Source of the DNA: Spizellomyces punctatus DAOM BR117
Lineage: Eukaryota
Assembly (NCBI GenBank): GCA_000182565.2
Contig: KQ257450.1
Reading direction: 5' to 3' (one strand)
DNA: 64,000 nt
Below, piece by piece: positions 1 to 12,312 of this stretch. Made by a program: the position numbers and the translations under genes. The notes under the pieces were generated by a model. That model was not told the origin of the DNA and searched no databases. It worked only from the letters and a program-made list of their open reading frames with translations. Position 1 is the first letter of the stretch, and every line of letters begins with the position of its first letter.

Positions 1-422
1 ATACTAACTGTTTGCTCTGGGGTTTTCAAGGTGAAAGACTGAGTCCCTACGTCTCAATATGTTGTGTTGTAATGGGGTTGAGATTATTATTTAGCAATTG
101 ATTCAGATATTGGATTGCTGCGAGGATTGTAAATATAATGGGTTGAGCTGAAAATATGGGTTTTGGCCAGCTTTTGGATCTGCCCCATATTGATTGAAGT
201 TTTCAGACGGCGGCATGGATGAATCTACAACTGCAATATTTTCTAGAATGAATTCGAAGCTAGTATCAATACAATTTCCCAAACCTAAATACACATACGG
301 ACATTATTCCCCGCAGCAAGCCGGAGCTGACCCATGCACAGCTAATCCTATCTCAACATTTCCAGCATATAGGATCTATGGTATTCGATATACAATTGCA
401 CTGTATTGGTTAAACAAAACAC

Positions 423-1409
423 TTAAAAGAAAGTAGCTCCAATGGCAAAAGCTACGACAGCGGTAGCAGCAACGACAGGAAGGGTGAGTCCAGTAACAGG
501 GGCAGGGGCTATGACGGTCGATGTGTTACTAGCGGTATTGTCTTTGCCGGTAGCAGGATCGCCTCTCCTTTGACGTAGAAGATTGAGACGCTCGACTTCC
601 GCTTTATATCCGTCGCAGGCAGCTTGAAGGGATTTGATCTTATCGTGAGCTTCCTTTAATTGCTTCTCCCTCAGGGACTCTTGATGGATCGAATCTGCCG
701 GAGCGCCCTGTGCTTGTTGAGAGATCACATTTGCTGATGACGGACGGGCCTCTGCGTTAAACTGGCCACTCGCGGGACGGGTTGAAGGAAGCGATTCAGC
801 TTGCGCTTGGAGTTCTGGTACTTGCTTGTCGACGATCATGGACGAGCGAGGGGACGTTGACGAAGCATCACTGAATTCTTGTTTCATGCTTGGCTGCCGA
901 CTGATTTCCGACTGGGTATTCGCTCCCAATTGTGCGTCCTTTTTTTCTACGCCGTTTGCACCCAACTGAGGCAAAAATACACATCTCAGCTTCCGTTCAA
1001 CAAGAACCTCAGCCGCCGCGGCAGGGGAACTCTTTTTTAGCTGTTCAGCCTGCGACCACAGAGTCTGCAATCGAGCCGTCAGTTCGTCCCCGTCTAGCCC
1101 CATCACGTCGTTTGGAACTTTGATGCTCTGAATAAGAAACTTGTCTTTGCACACATATCCTTCCGGCGGGTCTTCTTTCATTGCCTGCAACAACACCTGA
1201 ACTTCCACATTGTCCCCTGGTGGTACGACAGCACTGTTTGGACGAACGCAGTATTGCTTGGGAGCGGTCGTTTTGACTTTGAAGCAAATAGGAGAGTCGG
1301 GATTTTGATTTGTCACTACAAGACTTTGTTTGACCACTGTGGTGAATGGCCGATGGAATTCCAGTTCCTTTGCTGGAGCGACTCGCAGGTAGCTTTTTGA
1401 ATCTTCCAT
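423..1409 (-). CDS. SCS2: VAMP-associated protein (VAP/Scs2), MSP domain, ER tail-anchored; single exon
   Basis: Signature FKVKTTAPKQYCVRPN, then a coiled coil and a C-terminal hydrophobic anchor (LPVVAATAVVAFAIGATFF). Confidence 0.95.
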   Translation of the reverse strand: MEDSKSYLRVAPAKELEFHRPFTTVVKQSLVVTNQNPDSPICFKVKTTAPKQYCVRPNSAVVPPGDNVEVQVLLQAMKEDPPEGYVCKDKFLIQSIKVPNDVMGLDGDELTARLQTLWSQAEQLKKSSPAAAAEVLVERKLRCVFLPQLGANGVEKKDAQLGANTQSEISRQPSMKQEFSDASSTSPRSSMIVDKQVPELQAQAESLPSTRPASGQFNAEARPSSANVISQQAQGAPADSIHQESLREKQLKEAHDKIKSLQAACDGYKAEVERLNLLRQRRGDPATGKDNTASNTSTVIAPAPVTGLTLPVVAATAVVAFAIGATFF

Positions 1410-2013
1410 ATTTGAATGTTGATACTAGTTGAGCAAGTGATGATGAAAAGGTTGATGAAGAAAAAAGTAAAACGATGATGTTTGGGTTGCGTTGTCTTTG
1501 ATGAGCCTTTTTGGAAAGCGCGGCTTGGCCAAAGAGTTGCTTTTGGGCAAACGTGACACAAACCACGGCGGCGATTTCGACGAGATCTCGTTGTCATTTC
1601 GTTAACGTTTTCTACTGGGACATGTCGCTGCGTGCAGTTGGGTAGTCGGGTAGCGGACTGGACTTTGCAATATGTTGAATAGGATGCTCTTTTAGATTTG
1701 GACTCGACGTGGTGATTCCGTTGTTCATGTTAACTCCTTCTGGTGTCAAACGTCATTGCATTTGAAATGGCAAAACTGTCACTCTATGACAGTCCTACGT
1801 TTGCTTATCATTCAGATACCGCCAAGACCATCAAGCTACCATGCGATAACAAAGCTGATGCTTTTGATGTGCATGCTATTGACCGACCAGAACCATTTTT
1901 AAAGCATTTCATACTAGTTATCTGCCTTGCCGAGGTATCAGACTTACGTAGATAGAAATCGCAGCAGCTAAAGGTCCCGACAATGGCAGTCTCCATAAGA
2001 GACTCACCTATAT

Positions 2014-2028
2014 CACACACACACACAC
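2014..2028. repeat. (CA)7 microsatellite
   Basis: cacacacacacacac in the VAP/TRP4 intergenic region. Confidence 0.7.
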
Positions 2029-2363
2029 GCACGTTCTTCCAGACAAATGAGCGATCGGGTATCAGCTGGCGCTCCATCGCTGTAAAAGGTTTGAACGCAC
2101 TGAAAAAGGTTGAATGGCATGTCCTGTTCCGGTCAGAAAAAGCGTTCCAAGCATGGGTGCAATCTCTGCAACTCATCTCTCAAAAGTCGTTGCCGCTTTT
2201 TTGGAGTGTTTTTCATCTTCCAGTTGTTGATGGCCCATCAAATCTCATCAAACGGCGCGTGTGTTTTGCAAAACTCCTCCCGTTGGACATTGCGATCTGG
2301 CGCCTGATTCCTTTCAACCAAAATCATTTTCCTCCACTAAATCTTTTCTGCGGGCTAGAAAAG

Positions 2364-3643
2364 ATGACAGCAAATACGTTTACGCCGTATCTCAAATCCC
2401 TCATTCACAACCCAACAAGCTTTTCTGCTCCACAGGCGCATTCGGCAGCAGTGGAGATCATGAATGGGAAAGCCACACCTGCCCAAATTGGCGCATTTCT
2501 CATTGCTCTCAAAAACTCTTCCAAAGAGCATGACCCGGCTATCATTGCGGCCGTTGCATCCGCAATGCGTGAAGCGGCCCTGCAAATTCCATTTGGGGAG
2601 GAGTTAGTTAATGAGGGTTTGGTGGATATTGTTGGGACTGGAGGGGACGGACAAGATACATTCAACGTTTCTACCGCTGCGGGAATTGTCGCTGCTGGGG
2701 CAGGCTGCAAAGTGGCAAAGGTTTGCATCTACTTTTATTCAATGAGCATGGTTTTTAGCGTTAGATTGAACAAATGTGTTTTTTTGGGACAGCACGGTAA
2801 TCGGGCGTCGTCCTCAAAATGCGGCTCCGCGGATGTTCTCGAAGCTCTTTCATGCCACCTCACCCACCTGACACCGGACGCCGTTCCAAGAATCATCGAA
2901 ACTGGGGGATTCTGTTTTCTATTCTCGCAAACGTTTCATCCAGCCATGAAGAACGTTGCAGGTCCGCGGAAAGAGTTGGGCGTACGAACAATATTCAATC
3001 TGTAAGAAGTCGGCATGTCTCTCCATGCTTGAATCGCTGGCGCTGACTTTTGCTTTTATCCTGGGTCAATAGTCTTGGACCTCTTAGTAGTCCAGCAAGA
3101 CCCAAACGGGTTGTAGTAGGAGTGCATTCAACATCCATCGGACCGCTCATGGCAGAAGCACTGCGACTAAGTGGAGTCGAACGAGCGTGGGTGGTGTGTG
3201 GCTCCATGGGTCTCGATGAGGTGGGTCAATGGGATCAAAACTCGCTTTGCTACCAACTGACACTTTTTGATACTCCTCTCTAGATTGCACCAGAAGGCAA
3301 GACCCACGTCTGGTCTCTCGAACCCAACGGCGAGGTTACTGAAGGCGTTGTAACACCATCCGATTTTAATCTTCCTTCCCATTCCCTGGCAGACGTAGTA
3401 GGCGGGGATCCAGAGTTTAACTCGAAAACGATGACAGAGTTATTGGCTGGACGGTTAGAGGGTCCTGTGTTGGATTTTGTTTTGTTGAATGCTGGTGCCT
3501 TGCTGTACGTTGCGGGGAAGGCGGCTACGCTACCCGAAGCAGCTGAGATGGCGAGGCAAAGTATCATAAGTGGAAAAGCAAAAGAGGCATTAGAGTCCTT
3601 TGCAGCGGAGACCCAGAGATTGAAAGATGCGGTAGTCCGATAG
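2364..3643 (+). CDS. TRP4: Anthranilate phosphoribosyltransferase, 4 exons
   Basis: DIVGTGGDG, FNVST, KHGNRASSSKCGSADVLE, RTIFNLLGPL and GLDEI motifs. GT-AG introns at about 2721-2792, 3002-3072 and 3221-3283. Confidence 0.95.
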
Positions 3644-3840
3644 CACCACGTAGTTGTATAGTTCAAGTCACGGTATGATACGCATAGTTGATATGTTTTG
3701 CAAATTAGAGAGAGAATCGCATTCCTGGCATGTAAGGAAAAATAGTAGATCTTTAGGAATTAAAAGCTATATATATTGATAATGACAAATGACCGATGAG
3801 AAATCTACACAATGATATAGGGGACGGCGTGGAAGCCCTG

Positions 3841-5087
3841 CTATCGCATTTTTCGCAGCTGAACCAGATAACATGATACCTTTAAAGCTAGTCGAATCGG
3901 TAATAACATCTAGTACATACTTACCAAGGATGACATGGCTTTGGATTTGAAGGCTGGACCGTTAGATGATGTAGCCGGCGGTCGGGCTTTCTTGGCTGGT
4001 GAGGATACATCCTGGCTAGCCATTCGTTTGATGCCATTCGAGAGGGGTGTATCTGAGGATAGAGTATTACGTGCAATTGTAGGAGTCGGTTTCTTTAAAG
4101 CAGGAGAGTCAAAGTGTTTTGCACTGGAGTAAACAAAATGAGCAAAATCAGGCTGGTGAATCTCGGCAGTCAGCTACGTACATTTTTCTTGTCTCTCGCC
4201 GTGCTTTACTAATTATACTGCTTTCGTTTTTTTCTTTCCGGACGGCGCTTTCGATTGGTATGCGCATTCGATTTCATAAAACACTTTGGCACTTACTTAG
4301 TAGACCACGCGCTCCAAAGGCACCATGTGACGATCTTGAAGGTGGTATTTGTTCGAGAAACCTTGCTCTTCGAGATTCCTTCATTGCTTCCTCCTGTTGT
4401 CTTAGTGCCTTCATGCGCTCTCCAATGCGCTTGGTTTTTTCGTCTCGTTCCTCGCGTTTTTCCTGATTACGCATGTGAGCGCGTGTCACAGTACTCTTTG
4501 GTGCGAAATGATTTCGTACTTTATATAGATCTCGCCAACTATCCGGTTCGTCCATTGTTTCGTCCTCGTATCCACGCCGTATATCGGCAAAATCGGCTAG
4601 ACAATGTGCTTTCCATAGTTCTGTTATGTACGTATTGTCTATCAGGATGGAATGGTTGGGGTAGATTGGCACGTTTAGCACGGTCTCTCACCAAGCGAGT
4701 CCGGCAATAAGTTCTAGAATGAGCAAACAATCAGAAGTGAAACCCCAAGCGGTGAGATATGAAATTCAACAATACCTTGCTGTTCTCTTCTAGTCGCTCC
4801 AACTAGCGACAATACTCGGTAAACATGACTCCACTTCTTTTGCCCAATACAACACAATTCACCTGCGCTGCATTGCATCTTCGTAATAGACTCTCTACCA
4901 AATAGTAGGGAGCGGCTCCAAGGCTTTGCAACGCTATTGTTTGGAGTTTTCAGAACAAATTCGGACCCTCAAATTAAGTGCTTCATAGCTAACCGTTCAA
5001 GTTTCTTTCCAGTTTTCGCATACACATTTCCGAGAGAGTCGGCGGTTGCCTTAATTGCACCTCTTCGTAGTCGTCCCAGTCGGCCAT
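3841..5087 (-). CDS. ELA1: Elongin A (RNA Pol II elongation factor SIII subunit A), multi-exon
   Basis: Spliced product MADWDDYEEVQLRQPPTLSEMCMRKL (BC-box), LGAAPYYLVESLLRRCNAAQ-LERLEENS, ELWKAHCLADF, SWRDLY, ending LRKMR*. Confidence 0.85.
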
Positions 5088-5716
5088 TACTTCACAATGC
5101 GGGGAACCTGGAACCAAAAGATACATGGCCCAAAGGCCCACCGAAACAGCCAGCCAACACGTTCTGGTCCGTCATGTGACTTGCTTACAGCATCCGATCA
5201 GGTTGAGTTTATTTATCCATCCTGTGAAGACGACAAAAATGGCATCTTTTTGCACCTGTTGGATAGGTCAGCGCAGTCATTGCCATGCTCGCGGGCATTG
5301 GGCGATTGTACGCATTTCATCTCTCATATGCTCGTCAAGGTCGACGGAGCGTTGCTGTGAGTGTTTATGCTCGTAGGACTTCCCGTTGGTGCGTACCATC
5401 GGGGAATGCGCCATGGGTCATCAACGTTATGCGATCACAATGATACGTCCACATTTACCATTTTGCCAAAAGTAATGATGGGTCGTCAGTACGTTCAGGT
5501 CGTCCGGAAGAGGGTTCTGCTCGCATAAAAGTGAATCGAGTAGATGATCGACTGACGTTTGTGGATGCTGTCAAGCACAGTCACGTTAATATTTGTTACC
5601 ATAACAACTGCAACGCGGCCTTACTCATCACGCTGGGTGTTTCAATGATCGCGATACAGATGTCGTTTGCGAACGAGATGCTTTCATGTAGATGCAACGC
5701 TTCCAATGGCAATGCA

Positions 5717-7966
5717 ATGCGGCTTGCCGCAAGGTCACTTTTATCAATATTAGCTGATACATCGCGTCCCTCTCGAGCCACATCTTGCTGCTCTCGAGCA
5801 TCTCGAGCAGTAACAACTAATGTTCAGCGGCGCGCCTTGCGTTCATTCCCACAAGGCGAAGAGCATGCGTTTAAAAGAAACTTTTGGAGAGATATAAATG
5901 GAAAGCGGTGTATGTCGACGCGCCCGGTATGGACAGACAATGACAAGCAGGCACTAATGGCTAGGTATCGTTACCAATTTGACTTGGCCAGCCATACTTA
6001 CTTTCGGGCTTATTCATTCCTTCAAGTTTAGGTGGAATGCGAGAGACCGAACTCAAAAAGCAAATGGTTTACTATAAAGGTGAAGGGCCAGGGCAATTCC
6101 ACTCCCCAAAGACATTTGGACGAATGGTGGAAGCGCTTGCGACTCATTTACTGTCGGGGGCCCCTAAAACATATAAGAAAGTCTCTGTGCCCATTCCGGC
6201 ACTGCATAGGTAAAAATGACTCCTTGTCGCTCTTATATTATTATTTCTTCTTACATGGCCCGATAGTTTGTTGTATGATTATTCTTTGGAGACCCTCCGG
6301 GAATTGGCGCGCTTTCTAAACCTCGAAACAAACGACGAGCGGAGAATGACATATGTTACGGCAATTCATGAACGCGTACGAAAGGCTCAAGTGGGTTCGC
6401 AGTCTCAGCCATTTAAGCTCAACGACATTACAGCCGCCGAGTACGAACTCTGTCGTAATATGAACAATTTTATTTTGCTAACAAGGCGTTTGCGTTTAGA
6501 TTGACGCATCTCGCTATCAAGGACCTCATGCCGATAGTAGAAAGCTTGGGTTTAGAGATATCCAAGCGCAAAAGTGCGACCATCCGTAGCATTTTGTCGT
6601 ACATTGAGTTAAATCGGACAGATCTACATGTCCGCGCTACCGTGGAAATGATCGCACGGTTGTCCAGACCCAATATTTTCTCCGCCGAAATACCGATAAC
6701 GCCAGATGGGCGAATAGGAGGGAGATGCCGCCGCCCTAGCACGGTAGTAAGCAAAAAGGCTGCTCAGATCCTCTGTCTCGACAAACCTGTACACGCCCTA
6801 GGAGCATCATGGGATGGAGCGTCACCTGCCGTATTACAGTGGAAAGAGCTACTTGATAAACGAGATGACGATACCCTTGCAAAAGGTGCTAGGCTCATCC
6901 CAAAACAAGACTTACTGCGACTAGCTCTAGGGTACGGCTTGCAACCTGGACCAGTAGAATCGGCAGTTCAGGTATTTCGTCGAATATGCCAGCACGTGGT
7001 GAAAGGAGAGCCGAGGTAAAGCAGACGTTTTGCTTAACAATTATGTGCTCGCACCTCCACTAAAGTGCAACTTTTGACTGAAGATCACCGAATATCCGAC
7101 TCAGCAAGCTGCCACTCCCAGAACTGCAGGAAAAAGCACGGTCATTCGGTTTGACGCCATCCGGAACGAGAGAAGTGTTGCTAAAGCGGCTGCAAGATCA
7201 TCTCACTTATGTTCGGAATGCACCAACTCCGAGCTCAATCGTTGCTATCGATGTTGGCCCGTCAAACACGGGTTATGTTCATCTCGCGCTGCCAAATACT
7301 TTGCCAAGCAACATAAAAGATAGAGACAAAGGTGCAACGGACGAGGTCCTTTCACGCCCACGGATCCTGGACTGGGCCCTATTGGATTTGGAAGTATCGT
7401 CGATGGACTTTCCGGGCGTGGCAATGGCATGCAAACAGCTGCTGGATGAGCGTTGTTACAAACCCGAGGCCCAGGTGTACCTAGTGGAGCGACAGACGTG
7501 GCGCGTCGTGTTTGGGAAACTTACGGTACCGCCACAGCTTATCGCTTCTCTCGTGACGGAAGCGGTACTCTTGGGTATGCTCCTGGAACGACGCGGTGAA
7601 CCAGCCACTTCCGTATTGCCCGCCTATGTGTCACGGCACTTTTCCCTGAATGATCCTGCCAGCATCCAAACCTCAGATGTCAAAAAGAGACAACCCAGAT
7701 CCAAAAGAGCAAAGAAAATAACAGCAGTTCATGTCGTGAAAAAAATCTTGGAGGATCAGGATGTGGACTGCTCGAAAGAACTTTTGCACGTATTCAACAC
7801 GACAAAGAAAAAGGACGATATGAGTGACGCTCTGTTGATGGCTCTCGCTTGGCGGGATTGGTGGTTTGCTGCCAAAGCAGAGGCTGCTGCACAGCTTGAG
7901 ATAGATTCTCAAGAGCAAGCTGTGGCAGAGGAAGGGGAGATGGCAGAAGAGAGAATGATGGCATAA
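5717..7966 (+). CDS. CCE1: Mitochondrial Holliday-junction resolvase (Ydc2/Cce1, RuvC fold) with long N-terminal SAP-like array
   Basis: Arg/Ser-rich presequence-like start MRLAARSLL. Canonical SAP LSKLPLPELQEKARSFGLTPSGTREVLLKRLQDHL. Catalytic motifs IVAIDVG, YLVERQ and KKKDDMSDALL. Four introns; start codon inferred. Confidence 0.85.
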
Positions 7967-8408
7967 CCAGTCTGTTGCATGGTCAACGGAATATACCCAA
8001 TGTGATCGGTTAGAGGCTGGTCCTCCTTTTGCGTTTACTCTTGGGAGATGTCCTTTAGGAGATGGAGAAGCTCATATTGCATAATGTAATTGCTTTCCGG
8101 ATAGCCTCCCATAGTTGCCTATCTTGATTACAAGCTTTGGGCTCACTTTTTCCAAAACCCGCGACGAACAAATCCATTATAGGCAGATGCAAAAGGGTGT
8201 GCAGCGGAAACATCCATTGAAATGATCCGAGTAAGAAAAAAAAGCAGGAATTGAGAAAAAAACAAAATCTGGAAACCCAATTCTTGGTGGATTGGCAGCC
8301 GTCAAGAGTCGAACCCCCACTGCAATTTCGAGGTGATCTTCCCAAAAGACTTGAAGCCTCATCGTTTGGGCTTTTGAAAGCTTCCAGCTGACAGAAATCT
8401 AGTAGGAA

Positions 8409-8735
8409 ATGGATTCAAACTCCCGAAAAAGGTCGGCCCCCTCCTCCCCAGAATCACCGCGCCGTTTGCGGCAATGCTTTTTTACAGGCGTAATAGGATC
8501 CTGCACACCCTCTACCACCGAATACTACCGTCTAACTTGTCCTTCTGGTTCCCAACTTGGGCAAAGCTTTTCAGACGCCCTAAACAGAACTGGATTGATG
8601 CCGGCTTTTGTGGAAGCGCAGAACAGAGGGGAGGAGCTGTGGGCATGTCATGCGCATTTTGTGTGGAGTTGGACTGAGCCGGGATGGAGAGATACCGTCT
8701 GTGGCCATCTCTTTGAGGATTGGGCTGGCGGCTAA
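8409..8735 (+). CDS. Small orphan Cys/His-containing ORF, 108 aa, weakly THAP-like
   Basis: ATG-initiated intronless ORF filling an otherwise empty gap, followed by AT-rich UTR-like sequence. Pattern C-x8-C...CHAHF...CGH. Confidence 0.35.
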   Translation: MDSNSRKRSAPSSPESPRRLRQCFFTGVIGSCTPSTTEYYRLTCPSGSQLGQSFSDALNRTGLMPAFVEAQNRGEELWACHAHFVWSWTEPGWRDTVCGHLFEDWAGG

Positions 8736-8978
8736 AAAGGGAAAGATCCCATTTGAAGAACGTTTGAACATTTTTTACTTGATTCTACTCGATAGCTTTA
8801 TCTCCTTTGCAAAGGACAGTGCATGGATTCAACAAAACTCGCTCGCGGGACGCTATAACACCTTGCCCGGATTTCGCCAAAAGTGACAGGAAAATAGAAA
8901 ATGACGTTCCAATAAATAGCCGTATGTACATCCAAGTGCAAGACAACCCCGTCCACCCGACACAAAAGAGAGCGTTCC

Positions 8979-9792
8979 TCAAATCGCGAGACCAAAGACA
9001 TTAACGACGGCGTACATGGTTTTTGACTCGTATTTATACGTCGTGCTCCCTGGATGAACACCGGCAAGAGAATCAGTCTTTGATCTGTGCGGAGCGAGGA
9101 CAAGAACAGCCCGTCATACCATCGCTTGAGTTGTCCCAATAGCAGCTAGAAGCAGCGTGAAGACCTGCACCGTTCTTTTGCATGATGGTGCACGTCACTT
9201 GTATAAAAATACAAGATGTCAATACGTTTGTTGCTTGCAAAAAAAACGTCCAGATGCTACACTTTTTATACACATACCAATATACTTGAAGGGTTTATTC
9301 AATCCGGTCAGCTTCTTTAAACACTGCTCTACTATGTTGGAATTCCACTGTGCTACCTTTCCATGATGATATGCAGCATTTTGCAAAGTGTTTTCAATTG
9401 ACTAGCTCAACGTAAGAAAAATCAACCTCATTGCTGAGAATGTTTGCGGCTATGAGTACTAGAACGAACCTCTTTGATGACATTGTTGACTTCTTCCACC
9501 ACGAAGGCTTTCTAAGCAAAGAAATGACGGAACATGCAAGTTAGGCATCGCCCCTTTCCAAATAGCATCTTTTTCCATTTCAGACTGCTTGAGGACTCTC
9601 AAAAGTACCGTTCCACCTTTTTGCAGTCACTCTCTGTAGGTCTCCAGACGAAGCCCGTTCACGAGCACTTTTGAACTCGCCAAACCATTTCATTCCGGCC
9701 CCAGTCGCTGCGGTCCAAACCTCTCCGCCATTCGCCATTTATCATTGCATGCAAGCCAAACCCACCTCTTCCATTCCTTGAAAGTCTTCCAT
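8979..9792 (-). CDS. DYNLT1: Dynein light chain Tctex-type 1, 5 exons
   Basis: Spliced: [113 protein letters not shown]. Confidence 0.95.
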
Positions 9793-10228
9793 GTCGGTCT
9801 TGTGGGCTTATAATGAGATTGGGCTCAGCTAAAGTCTTTTATTCGTTTTCCGACGAGGACAGGTTTGTAGATCTTGAGAACTGAGGATCACAGTCGGAAC
9901 TCTCGGGCGACGCGCTTCTCAGTGCAGCAGGGTCGGAGTGACCCGTTGCTTACCTACAACGATACCTTTGAGTTTTTCGATATATAATAAAAGGTTTCCG
10001 TTTCAGTGTCAGAAGTAGTAAAAAAAATGTGGAACTGTTCCTATCATTAATCTAATTACAATACATGCTCTAGTTCCCGCCAACGTTTCATACAATAGAA
10101 ATGCACCACTCATGTATGACCGCCAGGACCGACAGAATCCCGCTATGACACGTCCTAATTATATGCCGACTTTACATTCGCCATTTTTCAAGTATACAAA
10201 TCAGATCTACAAAAGCTCATATGCGCTT

Positions 10229-11886
10229 TCAAATGTTTCGTATCAGTGTTTGTCGCCTATTTGCCTTCTCTTGTCGGTAAACTTTCATTATATCCATTTC
10301 ACAGTATGGACGATTCGCAAATGAGTAGTAGGTGGCGGTCAGAGGTGTCTGGCAGACATAACAGCACCAGCATTCGGGATGGTACCGTTTGTTAAATTCC
10401 ATGACCTCTGCACATGGACCTGCAAGAAGGCACAAATGAGGAAACCTGGGAAATGTGATTGACAGGGAGTATTACATACCTTCTATCGGTTGATCACAAG
10501 TTCCGCATAGGGAGTTGTTGCTTTCGTGATAATGGAAACGGCACAGGGGATCATCACCGAGAACATAGAAGCTTTTATCAGGGAAAGGCTCTTTACATAT
10601 CTTGCAAACGAAGCACTCCTTATGGAATGTGGAGTTGAGAGCACAGATGGTCTCCCCTTGAATACCGTTTCCACATTCACGGCAGGTAGGAGCCACAAGA
10701 GCTGCGTAATCAGCTGAGCAGTAAACCTATGTAACCAGTAATACGTTCAGCAACTAGATATGAGTACATGCAGGGATACACAGTGGCCCTACCTGGTTGT
10801 CGTGTTCGAAAGGGTTACCTTGTATTGGTTCACGGCATGCAGCACATCGCAAATGCTGCTCATGCCATGCTTTACCAAGGGCGTACACGGCATGAGTGAA
10901 TATCGGTTGGTTGCTATTAAGTTTTCATGGTGTATTAGTGGATAAGCATAATCAATGGCAAAATTGTGGTCATGTACAAACCAGCCAGCGCAAGTAAGCT
11001 TGAGAGCACGATTAAAATCCGGCTCGCAGTAGGCCCTGCCTTCGTAAGGAATGTATGGATTTCGTTCATCGAACGCAGAGTTGCAAACATAGCAGCGAAA
11101 GCAGGTGATATGGAAGAATTTACGAAGGGCGTCGATCTGGAAAGCCGTGGAAGGGTCCGTAATTTTACGGTTGCATCCACCACACGTAGGGCGTTTTCTG
11201 GTTCTACCTTCCTTGTCCTCTCTCCCTTCCCGTCGACCACGTCCATCGCGTAAGTCCCGATCATCGGTAACGACCATTTCATTCATCAGATCTGCCATGA
11301 CAGCGTCTATGGAGCTTGCCAGCCCAGAGCTTGCGGGGCTGTTCGTTCCATCTCCTCGGATATCTAATCCTTTCGTCAGCACATTTGTCAAATCCGGATT
11401 CGCTCGTCGCTCGCGAGGACGCTCCCGGTCACTTCCCCCACGAGCTCTCGATTTATCCCTATGCTGGCTCCGATCACGACGTGAGCTCTTGCTGCTTACA
11501 TTCGGGTCTCGAGGTCTGCCTTGGTCTGTTTTCCCCCACGTATTCTCCTGGTCCGCCCATCGGTCGTCACGGCTCCGGCCTCGGTCCTCGTACTCCCGTT
11601 CTCGGCCTCGCCCCTTTTCATAACTATTGGCGTATCCTGGATTCTGACGACTGGAGGGATTAGGGTAGGGATCTTGAGGGTAGTCGGGAGAGGCTGCGTA
11701 AGGGTCGGTATAAGGATCAGCTGGATAAGGTTTTGGATTCCTAATCCTTTGAAGCTGTTCTCCACGAATTTCCGGCACAACTGGCGCTCCAGCGTAACAA
11801 TGATGTTCTTGGTCAAAATCAATAACTTGTCCGCAGTCTCGACAGCGAATAGTGGGTAGTTGCGAATAGTATGCAGATTTAACCAT
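10229..11886 (-). CDS. Paxillin-like multi-LIM-domain protein
   Basis: Four C-terminal LIM repeats (e.g. CGGC..FHITCFRCYVC; CRECG..FHKECFVCKIC; CGTC..YHPECWCCYVC) after a low-complexity Arg/Asp-rich linker. Confidence 0.9.
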
Positions 11887-12312
11887 GGCGCTCAACTTTG
11901 ACGTTTCTTCCTGTACGATAGCCCTGCTCCAACCACAACAAAAATTTGTCAATCTACCCAATTCTATAATGTTCAAGTCTATCCGTTCTACTCTATCCTG
12001 GCGGATTCCTTTCTAAATCTGCGTATCAGCGTTGCAAGCAAAAAAGTCCGTTTAAAATGCAAAGGAATGGATCTGCAAAAGATAAAAAGTTTGAATCAAA
12101 CTCGCCGTTTGCCTTACGCAGGGGAACGTTACACACGCTTAAGTAAGATTCATGTCACGTGAGCGCTGCAGATTCCGCGCTCGTTTCTTCGAGTTTTGTT
12201 TTTGTTTTTGAACATCTGTCTCGTGTATTGACCGGCCGGCGTCGGTGCAAAAGTTGCTGTTTTTTAATCTGGACGGCGGAAAAAATACATTGGTTAGAGC
12301 GGCTGGACGGTC

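Noticed and set aside
1..42. CTAAC..CAAG|GTGAAAGACTGA could be the last exon of a gene upstream of the window
   Set aside because: Only three codons and a stop; cannot be supported without upstream sequence.
1983..2363. Long N-terminal extension of the TRP4 ORF in the ORF track
   Set aside because: Runs through a CA microsatellite and promoter-like DNA; similarity to the family begins at ATG 2364.
8285..8345. Minus-strand GGTTCGACTC (B-box/T-loop-like) followed by ..CCACCA, suggesting a tRNA
   Set aside because: The T-stem and acceptor stem do not pair and there is no D or anticodon arm; at most an isolated B-box.
9945..9960. GTTGCTTACCTACAAC as an X-box upstream of Tctex1
   Set aside because: Poor second half-site and spacing; equally explained as a minus-strand AG|GTAAGC splice donor.
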